NCBI GenBank assembly: GCA_051294375.1
Contig: CM119266.1
Coordinates: 9,494,538-9,558,537 of the forward strand
Source of the DNA: Paraspadella gotoi
Taxonomy: Eukaryota > Animalia > Chaetognatha
DNA length: 64,000 bases
Reading direction: 5' to 3'
The position numbers and the translations under genes were made by a program. Shown piece by piece: positions 21,701 to 37,908 of this stretch (the first letter of the stretch is position 1; every line of letters starts with the position of its first letter). The notes under the pieces are model-generated. The model saw nothing but the letters and a program-made list of their open reading frames with translations. It was not told where the DNA came from and ran no database searches.

Positions 21701-24456
21701 TTATTGAAGAGGGGAGCAACGGGTGGGTCGAAGAACCATGGCTTTTTGACTTACTAGACGCGGGGCCACGGGCGCATCTGGGAAAGGGAGAATCAATGAT
21801 TCAGTATGAGATCATGTTTTTTCTTCGCCATCTTCAAATATTGATTTAATTATTTTATCATAAATAAACTCATAGAACCGTTAAAAATCGAAGTTTTTTG
21901 ATTTGACAATATATTATATTATTTCCTTTCTTTTCGTTGTGTTTAAATAGTTAGAGAAAACAAAGTTTGATTGATTGAAAACAACGATTTTTATTTACAT
22001 TGGACATGTTTTGACAAAAAATGAATATGGTTAATTGGTTATGTTAAGAAAGTGAATGAGCTTAACCGAATAGCGTACTCTAGTTTTTGACACTTACTCG
22101 CGGCCTGATAAGAAGGATTAGCTCCGATGAGTCCAACCCCTTTGGCTCTTTCTTCCATGCTCGTGTACTGCCAAAGAAGAAAGGCTTGATTGAGTTGGCC
22201 GAAGGAAGACTGAAAGACGCCGAGGAGGTTGCCACCGAAAGGTGTCAGAATATCTTCGACGATGTGGAGAACGTTGGAAAAGGGTTGTTGCCAGCCGGAA
22301 TCCGGTTGAAAATCGTAGATCCTGGGAAATAGAATCGAGTAGATTTAAGTAGGAATAGCTAACATCCATTTTTATTAAATATAGTCTAGTCCATAAAGTT
22401 ATAGTCTTATTTTTTCAATTAGTTGACCATTCAATATTTCAGTTTTTCTAATCAATTCGCATTTAAAATCTTGCTAAATATAATCTGCTAATTGGTAGAG
22501 TTTTCGAGAAGACGATCCGACAACAAAACCTGTACGGACACGTCTTAAATCCATACCGTTACGCTTTTAATTTCAAATAAACGCTCAAAAAAAAGAGGAA
22601 GGTTTTTTAATCCGGAGTGGAACCTGCTGGTTCTATCGAACATGAGTGAAGGTGCCATCAAAATGAAAAAAAGTACGGGGCGACCGGCGGCCCTTGGGAA
22701 CGACAAAGGAAAGGAGAAGCAACCGGAGAAAACAGGGACGGGATCCAAAACAAACGAAAGACTCAAACGAAGGACGCAAAGTAACCGAGACAGTAAAATT
22801 CAGACTTTTTTTTTATAGAAATGAAAGATTCTTGAATAGCAGTATAGCAACTTGTCTCGTAGTGAAAAGTAGTTTTGTATTCATTATCATTTTAACGAAT
22901 TCCAATTACTTTTAAATTACTACGTCAGGCTGCGGGTGCCACTTGCCGGATTCAACGGTCAAAACGGAGACGACCAAACCCATCGACAAAAATTACTACC
23001 GTCCCACCCGCTACTATAATAAAACGCGGGTCGAAAGAGAAAGGGAGAAGGAGAAGGAGGGAAAGAAAGCGGGGTCGGGGACGGCGACCAGGGCACTCAA
23101 GGAGGCAGGGGATAAAAAGTCTCGATCTCAGCAAAAAGAGGCGGAACGCGGAGGTGGGAACGAGCAGCCCGCCGCCGCCGCCGGAAAAGGAAAGGACGAC
23201 GACGACGCCCGGGAAAAGGAACCGGACGTTGACCCCGCCGTTAAAGAAGTTGAAGAGTTGATGCGCGCCGAGGAAGAGCGCGCGCGCCGACACGCCGCAA
23301 ATCACGTGGAAACTCCGGAAAAGGCGCCGGCGAGGCGGCCGTTACGACGCCGGCGAAAGGCCAAGTCGACGGGGCGATTGGACACCGTCGTCAGCACCAT
23401 GCTGGTCAGGGGGTCGAAGAGACCGGCGATGCTGCCGCCAGCCTTCGATCGGATCTGATTGGTCAAAGTTGGAATGAGAGCACGGGTTTTATAGTTTTTT
23501 TACAACCGTAGTCTAAATGGCAAATTTCTCATTTTAACATCTAAGTACTAACCTATTTAAATATTGATAATAATGACAGTACGCTACCTCAGGGTATAAA
23601 GGCCAGTGGCAATGTCAGTGTTTTCTAGGCCCCAAGTCGGCAGCGTCGCCAGAATCGTGCTCTCTTCCGAAACGACCATTTGACTCAAATGATGCGATAT
23701 GCGATGTTGCGTTTTAGGGTAACCCATGCGTCCGGGTCCGTCCACTTTGTCGCGACCCGAGAAAGTATCTAGTATACGTTTTGTCGGAAAAGGAGGGTGG
23801 GAGAAAGAATTGTATTAAAATTGTTAAAGAATAATAAAATGTAAAAATTCAACAGAGTTATAGATTTTTCCGTAAAAACATTAGTTATACATTACCGAAT
23901 TGCCACAAGGCGTAGACTTCGTTGAGATTAGAGCCTGACTCGACGAACCAGCTGCCGACTAGGAAGAGACCAGTCGGCAATCTGGTGCAGTCGTTGATGT
24001 AGGAGATGAAGTCGTGAAAGGCTTCGGGTTTGACCGTGTATCGACGAAGCTCGTACGAGCGAATTTCCGCCTCGGGACCAGAGTAGTACGGACCCTTTTT
24101 TGAGTAACACAATCGTAATCATTTTGAAGTATACGTTTATGTATAAATAATTTCTTTACTGGGACGCGAACGTCTTGGCAGTCGACGTTGTATGGCAAAT
24201 CGCATGCGCCGATGTCGTTGTTCCAAGCTTGACCATCGCCGCAAAAGAGGCGGACGCCGGGCTCGCCTTGATGTCCGCACCGATAGTAGTTTTTACAGCT
24301 AAAGGGATCTTTGAATATGCCCGACGAAGGGCATAAGAATTCGCAGCTAATTTTTCCTACCACTAAAATGGTAAGAACAAAAAGTCCTGAGAATAAAACG
24401 AGTGTTTTTAAAATTAAATAAAACTTGATTTTTTGAGAGAGAATGAGAGGTTTCAT
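21701..24456 (-). CDS. Signal peptide + CBM14 (peritrophin-A) chitin-binding domain + tandem NIPSNAP domains
   Basis: Five in-phase exons: 24456-24160, 24094-23896, 23768-23588, 22321-22098, 21777-21701. CX11CX5CX11CX12CX7C; NIPSNAP-like YELRRYTVKP..LVGSWFVESG.LNEVYALWQF; GLYTLRIYDFQP..LLGVFQSSFGQLNQAFLLWQY; ends LRPTRCSPLQ*. Confidence 0.85.
21922..22016 (-). mobile_element. PLE-family 3' tail fragment in NIPSNAP intron
   Basis: Minus strand reads GTCAAAACATGTC..AATAAAAATCGTTG..AAACTTTG..ACAACGAAAAGAAAGGA, the same motif order as the 31.1 kb and 29.0 kb copies. Confidence 0.65.
22642..23458 (+). CDS. Orphan charged/low-complexity protein nested antisense in the NIPSNAP intron
   Basis: ATG 22642 exon (MSEGAIKMKK...) with a phase-1 GT donor near 22781 joins the acceptor at 22928 into the 171-aa ORF frame; GC-rich coding-like composition inside an AT-rich intron. 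Confidence 0.6.
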
Positions 24457-24638
24457 CTCTGTACCCCAAGGATTAGAGTTCGAGCCCTGGTCGGAACGGT
24501 CATTGCCATATAGTAGCAAGCCTCCGCAAGATTCGAAATTCCGGAAAACAAGGCAACTGACGTTAAAAATACCGGACCTACTGGGCATACCGTCAGAGTG
24601 ACATGGCGACCCCCTCTCCTCTCAGTACATTTAAGTTA

Positions 24639-25024
24639 TTAATTTAATATGGATATTTAATGGACGTTGCATTTAAAAATTTCTGTTTACCTGATGCTAG
24701 AGTTTGTGTCATTATTTACATTTGTTTTTAGAATTAATTTAATACGGATATTTAATGGAAGTTGCATTTAAAAATTTCTGTTTACCTGATGCTAGAGTTT
24801 GTGTCATTATTTACATTTGTTTTTAGAATTAATTTAATACGGATATTTAATGGAAGTTGCATTTAAAAATTTCTGTTTACCTGATGCTAGAGTTTGTGTC
24901 ATTATTTACATTTGTTTTTAGAATTAATTTAATACGGATATTTAATGGACGTTGCATTAAAAAATTTCTGGTTACCTGATGCTAGAGTTTGTGTCATTAT
25001 TTACATTTGTTTTTAGAATTAATT
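24639..25024. repeat. Tandem repeat, 95-bp unit x ~4
   Basis: ggatatttaatgga recurs at 24651, 24746, 24841 and 24936 with near-identical units. Confidence 0.95.
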
Positions 25025-26847
25025 TTGTATATCCTATAACTGTTTGGTCCGCGAAGAAAAAAATTTTTTTTGATTTAAGTCGTTTTGTAATTTATTCCAA
25101 GAGGCAAGTTTTTATTGTTTTAATTACAGGAACATGAGGAAAATAATGACAACTCGTTCGAAAGAAAAGTTCACGAATAAATGACAGAAGGGAGTAAACA
25201 TTGTAGGGCCTTAAGCAAATAGACGTCTGGACAGAGGATGGCGTTAGGGAATCAAGTGCCAATTTAGGAAGAAGGAAAGGTAACATTAAAAAAATATTTC
25301 CCCAAAAAAAAATCAATGTTGGGTAAAACAAAATCAATATATGTATAGAATATAAACAAATTTAACTACGAAAACAGCAAGTAAATTTAAAGTAACAACA
25401 GTTTAACATTTAACAAATTTAGACAAATTGTAGAAATATAAAAAATTCCGATGCAACCGCTGACCTTAATAACAATAAAGTGAATTCAAACAAACTTTTA
25501 AGTCTTTTAAAACGCGATTGATGTCGTAATATGTTCAGTTGATGTACAATTATACAAACAGGGAAAATATGTAGATGAGAAGCACGTCGACATCGGTTAT
25601 TTTCTAAAAAAATTAAAACTATGTCAAAATCACTAATAATTGGGACTACCTTTCAGTAGTAAAAATTGTATCCAACTTCATTAGTAAGAGATGATTAGTT
25701 AATATTATCTTAAATGAGATTGAATTAGAAATTAGAATAAAACTCGCATTCGAGCAATTTTTGTACATGATCTTTTTTTCGCTGAGACACGAATTCAAGA
25801 TCAACGAGAAATCTGTCGGCGAGTAAGAAAAGTTAAAACAAAATAAATTATAATCTACTTCGTATCGTACAATAAGTTTGCTAATTTATGATAAAAAGAA
25901 ACTTAAGGACCATGGTCTATGTAGTAACTTAAAAAGTTAAAAGGAAAGAAAAGTTTGTTTTAGATAAAAGTATCCTCAATGGGCCCGAATCAGTTTGAAA
26001 CTAATCGGCAGCCAAGCCTAGGTCTATGGAAACTGAATTGTGAATACTAATTTACGTAATAATTACATGTATTGTGCACTAAAAAGTACTTAAAATTTCA
26101 CCTTACTGTCTTTGAATTATGTTAATATCGTTTTTTTTATTCATAAAAAAAAACCCACAATTTACCTTGGTTTATGGTTTACAAGGTTTTGGCTGCCAGT
26201 TAATTTGTTTCATGTGAAATAAAATTTCTGAAAGACTTAATATTTACAATAACTGTTCTTTTTCCAAGGTTGATTAAGCTATTATAGTGGCATTCTTGAC
26301 CTCACATTACATCAGGTTAACCTTATTCTAGTCCTTCTGCTTAGTTAGGAGACCTTACCCTTCCTCGCCCTAACCTTTAATTTCTGGGTTCTGGTTACTG
26401 TAGAAATGAAAAGTGCTGATGAGCTCACATAATTATTATTTGGTTTTCGCTGACAAGTTTTATTCTTTTGGATTCGATTCATACTTTTAGCTAAAACTTT
26501 CAGTATCAGTGTAGAATTTTATAGGAGAAAAACTTTGTTTAGACGACAATAGTAAGCGTCAAAACTGAAAATACTATAAAACTTAAGTTCGAATTAAATA
26601 TCTAAATATATAACGCGGATCTTTAATAAATTTTTAACATTTTTATTTGCATTTAACATTTTTGCCGTACCCTTAGAAACAATTTGTAAAAGTTTAATGA
26701 TTTCTTTGATAACATTACGGCAATAAAATCAATGTAAATTCACAGTTTGACAGAAATAGATGCATGTACGAAAAAAAAAGGTCAGTGCATTTATATTTGT
26801 TTTGGTAAGTAACGACTAGTGAAACGCAAAGGAACGTAAGTAGTTCA

Positions 26848-28131
26848 TTACTTACGGTTGGGCATATTAATGCCAACCTTCCCGAATAATTCCCTCAAGA
26901 GAGAACATTCTCTCTCCAACATTTCCACTTTTCGGCTCAGAGTTTCATTTTCGGCTTTGAGCCGATCCACTTCCCCCTCGCACATCTTCTGGCGCTCCTT
27001 GGCCTTGGCGCGAGACTTGCGGACGGCGACGTTGTTGCGACGCCGTTTTTCGGCGTAGGTCTCGTTGCCGCCTCCGCCAGCGTCGCCAGTGGGGTTCCAC
27101 TCCTCGTCGTCATCGATGGTCGAAGGCGGCGCACGGCGCTTTCGTCCGGTTGTGCCTCTCCCTTGGGTGGAGTCGGCGGTGGCGCAGTTTTCCAGCGCCG
27201 CGACGGAAGTGGAGGCTCCGGTCGAGGTGAGAGGCAGCTCGTCCGAAGCCAGCACCGTCACTGGTATTTCGGCCGCTGGGGTTAACTGGACCGCGGGCTC
27301 GCAGGGCGCGGCCGCGGAAACGGTCGAAGAATCAATGATTGTGAAAAGTCCGAGTTGCTCGCTGTCGATTGTCCCGAAAGACGACGAGTCCATGATGTAC
27401 ACGGGCGCGTTGTTGAGAGCATCATCCGTCGATACAAAGGCCGACGGCAGCGACATCGCGTTTTCAAACGCCGTATTTACAATGTCGGGCTTCACGTCAC
27501 CGGTGTCTTTATTTACACCCATGGACGCCGGAAGGAATGCGAAAGGCACTCCGGCGTCGTTTTGTTCCTCCACGGGCATCCGAAGCATCGAAGCGTCCGG
27601 CTTGAACAGATTGTCCAAGTCGGAGGACACCGATTGCTCTTGGGACGAGAACGGGAGGTTGTCGAAGTTGAAGTAACTCTTCAGTAAGTCGTCCGGCAAG
27701 GGCGAGAGGATGTCGTCGATGTCGGGATTCTTGAGATCATTCACCGACTCAAGATCGAATTTGCCGGCGATTTCGGCCCCAGCGTTGCTTCCATAGGGCG
27801 CTTTGTCGTCCGCGGGAGAGGGGAGATTGAGGAACTCCATGATGTTCGTCGGCGAAGCGTTGAGATCCACGCTTCCGTCGCCGACCAGGGATTTCTGGGG
27901 AAGGAGGGAGAGAGGGATCGAGTCAATGCGGGCGACGGTCTCGATCTCGTGTCGAGTGATCGAAAGAGGCGGAACTAACCGGCCACTCCCGAACATCGGG
28001 GAAATTCCCTTACCTGAGAGAACACCTCCGGGGTCTGTAAGACCACCTCGGTCTCGGTCGCTGGGATGGGCATCTTTAAAGTCAACTCGCATTTCGGTTT
28101 CGTGAACAATCTTTGCTGGAACTCGGTACAT
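26848..28131 (-). CDS. C/EBP-family bZIP transcription factor (intronless)
   Basis: Basic region YAEKRRRNNVAVRKSRAKAK followed by a leucine zipper ending LRELF; long acidic N-terminus. Confidence 0.92.
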   Translation of the reverse strand: MYRVPAKIVHETEMRVDFKDAHPSDRDRGGLTDPGGVLSGKGISPMFGSGRLVPPLSITRHEIETVARIDSIPLSLLPQKSLVGDGSVDLNASPTNIMEFLNLPSPADDKAPYGSNAGAEIAGKFDLESVNDLKNPDIDDILSPLPDDLLKSYFNFDNLPFSSQEQSVSSDLDNLFKPDASMLRMPVEEQNDAGVPFAFLPASMGVNKDTGDVKPDIVNTAFENAMSLPSAFVSTDDALNNAPVYIMDSSSFGTIDSEQLGLFTIIDSSTVSAAAPCEPAVQLTPAAEIPVTVLASDELPLTSTGASTSVAALENCATADSTQGRGTTGRKRRAPPSTIDDDEEWNPTGDAGGGGNETYAEKRRRNNVAVRKSRAKAKERQKMCEGEVDRLKAENETLSRKVEMLERECSLLRELFGKVGINMPNRK

Positions 28132-28814
28132 CCTATCGTTTCAGAGTCGAAATCGATGGGCTTTGAGGATTTAATTTTGACGGTTGGTCGGTAGACAATT
28201 ACAAAAAGGGTGGGAAGGTTGATCACCTATCCTCCCTAAGAAAGACTTGTGTCCAGTCGGGAAAAACCGGACCAGGATTTTTTTTTTTTTAGCCTAGGAC
28301 GCAAGTGGCGACCCGGATAAATACAGAGAGCCACCAGCGAGAGAGCGAGCCGCTGAATTCAGAATTTCTTTTTAAGGGCGAAAAATCGAGAAAGGTTGTC
28401 CGCATGTCCGGAGCTTTTTTTAAAATTTTTGATAGAGCGGCAAGTAAGAGAACGAGTTCTTAACAGGGGAAAGTCAGGAGCGCAAATGCAGAGTTATCGC
28501 GAGAATGGCTGGTTTTAAGGCGGTGGATGAATACGTCGAACGTGTCAAAATCACATGACGGAATTCATCGCAGATCAATATTAAGATTGAGTAGACCATA
28601 CGCTGATTCCGGGCCTCCCGTCGAAACCGTTAACGGTGACGTGGCTTTCTTTAAAAGAAAGAAAATTATAAAATTAGACCAGAACTAATTTTCTAAGATC
28701 GCATAACCGCCGTAGCCTTCCGCCGGTTGCAAAGAATGAGGTAAGATAAAGTGGATCGGATTGGTCGAGTTCTGTTACGCGATTGGTTGGGCAAGGTCTT
28801 CGTTTTTCCCATTT

Positions 28815-28824
28815 ATTGCGCAAT
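28815..28824. promoter_or_regulatory. Perfect C/EBP palindrome ATTGCGCAAT upstream of the C/EBP gene
   Basis: Exact consensus ~690 bp 5' of the ATG; nearby CCAAT (minus, ~28782), GC box GGGGCGGGGC (~28877) and TGACGTGG (28637). Confidence 0.55.
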
Positions 28825-29016
28825 GACTTGCAAATTTTGAGGGAAATCCCCGCAAAAGCGATTCCCAACCGACACCGGGGCGGGGCCGGTCATGTTTTTA
28901 AAAAAGATTTAATGAAAACTAGGTATGGTTTTTAAACTCGGCGAGATCTTAAGAGCATGAATTTTACTTAAAATAATGGTTACTGAGCGGTTTCTTTCAT
29001 AATTATAAACTAGAAT

Positions 29017-29138
29017 TACATGTGATAATCCTTTCTTTTCGTTGTTATTTAATATTTAGAGTCGAAAGAGTCGAAACATGTCCATCTATTAAAATAAATC
29101 GTTGTCACAAATTCAAAAACACTTTGTTTTCTCTAAAT
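29017..29138. mobile_element. Minimal PLE-derived insertion with 9-bp target-site duplication
   Basis: aactagaat at 29008-29016 and 29139-29147 flanks an inverted family tail plus a forward GAGTCGAAACATGTC..AATAAATCGTTG..ACTTTG segment. Confidence 0.7.
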
Positions 29139-29434
29139 AAACTAGAATAAAACCTGTCCGGACAAATCAAGCCCATTAAACTTACTCAAAGTCTGAGTCT
29201 TAGGCCACGTTTTCAAAAACACGTCGGTTGATGTTCGACGGACGATATTATTGTAAGACTGGTTCGTGACTAATCGGCAGACCTAAGCATCAAATTTGCA
29301 AAAATTGTCTAAATTAGCGGTAGCCGACCGAATTCAAATTTTAATGGGAACAGCATTAAAATAATTTATTATTGGTATTAATTATTGTGTTAAAATATTT
29401 TTTTGGAAAAATGTTCCGAACCATGATTCGCTAA

Positions 29435-29782
29435 TTAATATTATTATATTGTTATATAATGTCAAAAATTTTTTTTTGGATATTTTAAAATTTTTTAATT
29501 GATTCTGAATCTGATAGAGCTTAAAAAGTTAAGCAACAAATATAATTACAAATTTTTAAAATTTTTATGTTTTAATACTAAAAATTAGTAAAAACTGCTA
29601 AAATCATTTGATGATGATTTTTTAAAGTTTTTCCCAATTTTAAACCCACTTATCATCAAAATATTGAAAAAAAAAATTATACTTTGTGTAAATAACTTTT
29701 CATAAGCTATTTGAATCTGCTTTTAAAAATACAAAATTCCAAAAAAAATTTTTGACATTTCCTATCTATAAATAAATATTAA
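29435..29782. mobile_element. Putative MITE/foldback element
   Basis: aatgtcaaaaatttttttttgga (~29458) is the reverse complement of tccaaaaaaaatttttgacatt (~29738-29759); weaker symmetry continues inward and outward. Confidence 0.5.
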
Positions 29783-30107
29783 AAAATATTAATGCTTCTA
29801 GCCATTTTAAAAAAATTTGGTCCATTGAAAGTTTTCTCAGAAATGTATGTAGTTTCATTTGGAAAGGTTCCCAAATCAAACGTCTGACCCACCCCATTGA
29901 CAAAGTTTGGCTCTACCTAAATTGTATTCTATCTTCACTGATGTAGTGAGTCAAAGTATTGAGGCTAACTTTCAATTCAAAACCTTATTTTTTTCCCCCT
30001 GATAAATGTACCGTACGATTAAAACCAAGAATAGACATTAATATAGATTTTATTTGGAAAAATTTGATTGTAAACTCAAGTTTGAAGTTTTCTTTTCCAT
30101 TTTGAAA

Positions 30108-34728
<4,621 letters not shown>

Positions 34729-36808
34729 GACGATCCACAAAAGTTTTTAACAATTTGTAAAAAAATAAAAAAATAAAAACGAAAAATTGAAAAATGAATA
34801 CAAATTCCCAAAATCTTTTCTACAAATTCATTGTCGTAAAGTGAATTTCTTCGTCAATCTTGTTTCAACTTATTCATTTCTTGCTTTTCAAAGGCGAGCT
34901 TCTTCTCGTTTTGTTTTGTCATCTCAAGTAAAGAAACTTGAACCTTGACCGAGGTTCAATCAGAAAGTAAGACCAGTGGCTGCGCCAATACATGTAAATC
35001 GCTTAATATTAATGCGATACTTAATATTTTAATAATTATAAATAAAAAAATATTAATTTTGCTTGCAACACTTTTTATCTTACCAAATAAGCTTTAAACC
35101 TGTCTTGGGCAATATTTTGATTTATTTTTGCTTCTTAATAATATCATTGTATCATCGTCATCATCCTCGTAATTGTTAAATTTTTTATAATTAAAAATTT
35201 TTAAAATATATATTTATAAAAAGATAAAAATTTAGATATAGCTTCTAATCATCCAATTTTTTAAAAACCGCATATTTTATATTGATATAAATATTTTTTA
35301 TTTAAAATCATTTTAGATTATTATTAATTATAACATATAAATTAACATATCATAAATTTTTTTTTTAATTATATATCACTTTTATTTTTTTGTTAATCGC
35401 TGCCTCTTTTAATTCTTTTAAAAATTAGTAGAGCTTTGCAGCAACCTATTTTTTTTTATATTTTTATCTTTTTTTTTAAACTTTTTTTTTTCTTATTTTT
35501 ATCTTTTTTTTCCCTTTTTTTAAATTTTTTTTTTCTTTCTCTTTCCTTATTTTTTTCACACTTTTTTTGGATTTTTAATTTAAAAACAAATATTGTCAAG
35601 ATTAATTTTATAATATTAAATTTTGCAGCCATACATATTTTTTTTATCCCTTCATCTTTCCTACATTAATTCAATTTTTTAATTTAAATTTAAATTATAT
35701 ATATATTTATACGTTTTATTATTACGACTTTTGTTTCATTACATTTAAAATTAAATAAAATTATTTTGCTAAAAAATAAAAAAATTGTTTTTTATTTTCA
35801 AAGAAAAAATTATATATGTTTTAACTAATATATTAACCTTTATCAAAGCAAATAATAAATTATAAAAAAATTTATAGATTTAATATTAAAAATATAAACA
35901 AAAATAATTTTACTTAATTTTAAATACATACTTTTAAATATATTTAGTCTATATAATTTATTTATCTCAATTTTTTTATTTAAATTAAATAAATTTAAAT
36001 TTAATTTATTTTATTTATTTGAATCAGCTTATTCATTTAATTTAATTTATTCTTTCAATTCAATTTATTGCATTAAATATAAATAATTTAATTCATTTTA
36101 TTCATATGATTTTTAAAAAATTAAAAAAATTTTTAAAAAAATATTATTTTGTTAAAAAGCAGGTACAAATAAAAATCAAATGGGTACAGATAAAGTTTAT
36201 TTTCAATATTCTAATCTTATAAAAAACTTTTCTGTTTATAAAGCCCTTTAATAAAATAGGGTTAAAACATAAAACAAAATTAATAGGATTATTTATTTGT
36301 TTTAGAAAAAAAGATTAAAACCTTTAATAAATATACTTAAACTAAAACTGATTGTTATTTTGTTTTTCAAAATATTTTTTTTTGTAAAGCCATCTGGTTT
36401 ATTAAATTTAAAACTGGCAAAACAAATACAAGTGAAGATCTAATGGGTGCAGACAGAAGAACAAATTTTTATAATAAGTAAAAAGAAAATGCTCATAATA
36501 AAAAAATTTTAAATAAAAATCTTAATAAAAAAAATTAAGTAAAAAAATTTTAAAAGCATAAGGATCGTCGCAATCACATAAGAAAAATCTGGATTGACGA
36601 CAAATTTTGATACTAAAAAAAATAAAATTTGAAAAAAAAAAAAATTTATAAACAGAAAGAATTTTATTGTCAAAATAAACTAATCAGCAAACGCAGCCCC
36701 TGAGAAAAAAAAAAACCTGATGTTGCGATAGCAAAATGATAACATGCACGAATACGATGCCTAATTTTACGAGTTCAATCCTATTTCATTTTTTTTTAAT
36801 AAAAACGC

Positions 36809-36839
<31 letters not shown>

Positions 36840-37666
36840 AAAAAAAGAAATCAAAAAGCAGCAGCAGCAGAAGCAGCAGGAAAAAAAAGAGATAAAGAAT
36901 AAGCCCCTGCAGAACCAGCTGCAGACTCAAAAGGCAGCAGCAGAAGCAGCAGGAAAAAAGAGAGAAAAAGAATAAAGAGAGCCAGCTGCAGACTTGTTTT
37001 TTTTCCCTATGAATCAGTAACTCAGGAAAAGAGAGAGGGAGAGAAACATGTAATTAAAAGAGAAAAGAGAGAGAGAAAGAAATATGAAAATAAAAAAAAA
37101 ACATTGTTTTGATAAAACGTAAACAAAACATATTTAATAACTGTCCAGACTTAATTTTAAGCACATCGATGATGAGAAGCTGTATATAAAATTTTAGCTT
37201 CATACACCCAAATTTAATCATAAAAAAGGCGATCTATAATTTGGAACGACGACAACAACGACGATAAAAAAAAACAAAAAAACAATTGTACAATTTCAGG
37301 GGGTAAGTAAATCGCTAAAACGATTTACAACAAGCGACGATAAGCGAAACTGCGATAAACTCATTTAACTACCGCACAATCATCGAAGTGACCGTTAAAA
37401 TCGGAAAAATTATACTAATGACATATTCGAATAGCTTAACACGAGTAATTCTTGAAAACTTTAGAGGTTCTTCTCATAAAGGACAAAAATGTTTCATTTA
37501 ATATTTTTTACGCTTTCTAAAGATGAATCAAACGCTAAGCGGAGTTTTATAGCTTCATTTAATTATTTTTACCTCTCAAATTCAGTAAAATGAAAGTTTA
37601 AATGAGAAAAAAAATTGATTCAATCAATTAAACCACGAACATTTTTGATTTCACAAAATTGTTAAA

Positions 37667-37758
37667 ACGCTGATGAAGACTTGTAACGAATAACTAAAAT
37701 CCACCAACGGCCATTGGTGTCGGAGGCAAGTCATTCGCCTCAAGTCGAAACATGTACG
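37667..37758 (+). ncRNA. Hammerhead-like motif with enlarged stem II insertion
   Basis: CG-CTGATGA-A-GACTTG-[57 nt]-CAAGTC-GAAAC-AT-GTA-CG. Confidence 0.6.
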
Positions 37759-37872
37759 ATTAATATAAGCGTTTTTGTTCGAATGCAACAAGGTTGATTC
37801 AGTACAAAAAACTAAAAACTCCCGTTGTTACAAATAAACTATTATTTACTTTTCACTTCGAACCACTAAGTT

Positions 37873-37908
<36 letters not shown>

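Noticed and set aside
24639-25024. CRISPR-like array
   Set aside because: Units are contiguous and near-identical with no unique spacers; the context is eukaryotic with no cas genes.
26858-28105. Long plus-strand ORFs opposite C/EBP (likewise opposite furry, ARMC10-like and the FN3 gene)
   Set aside because: Antisense shadows of GC-rich coding sequence.
35000-37100. Phe-rich and Lys/Gln-rich ORFs in a very AT-rich tract
   Set aside because: Homopolymer and microsatellite low complexity, with no splice-consistent gene; possibly a decayed repeat or low-quality sequence.
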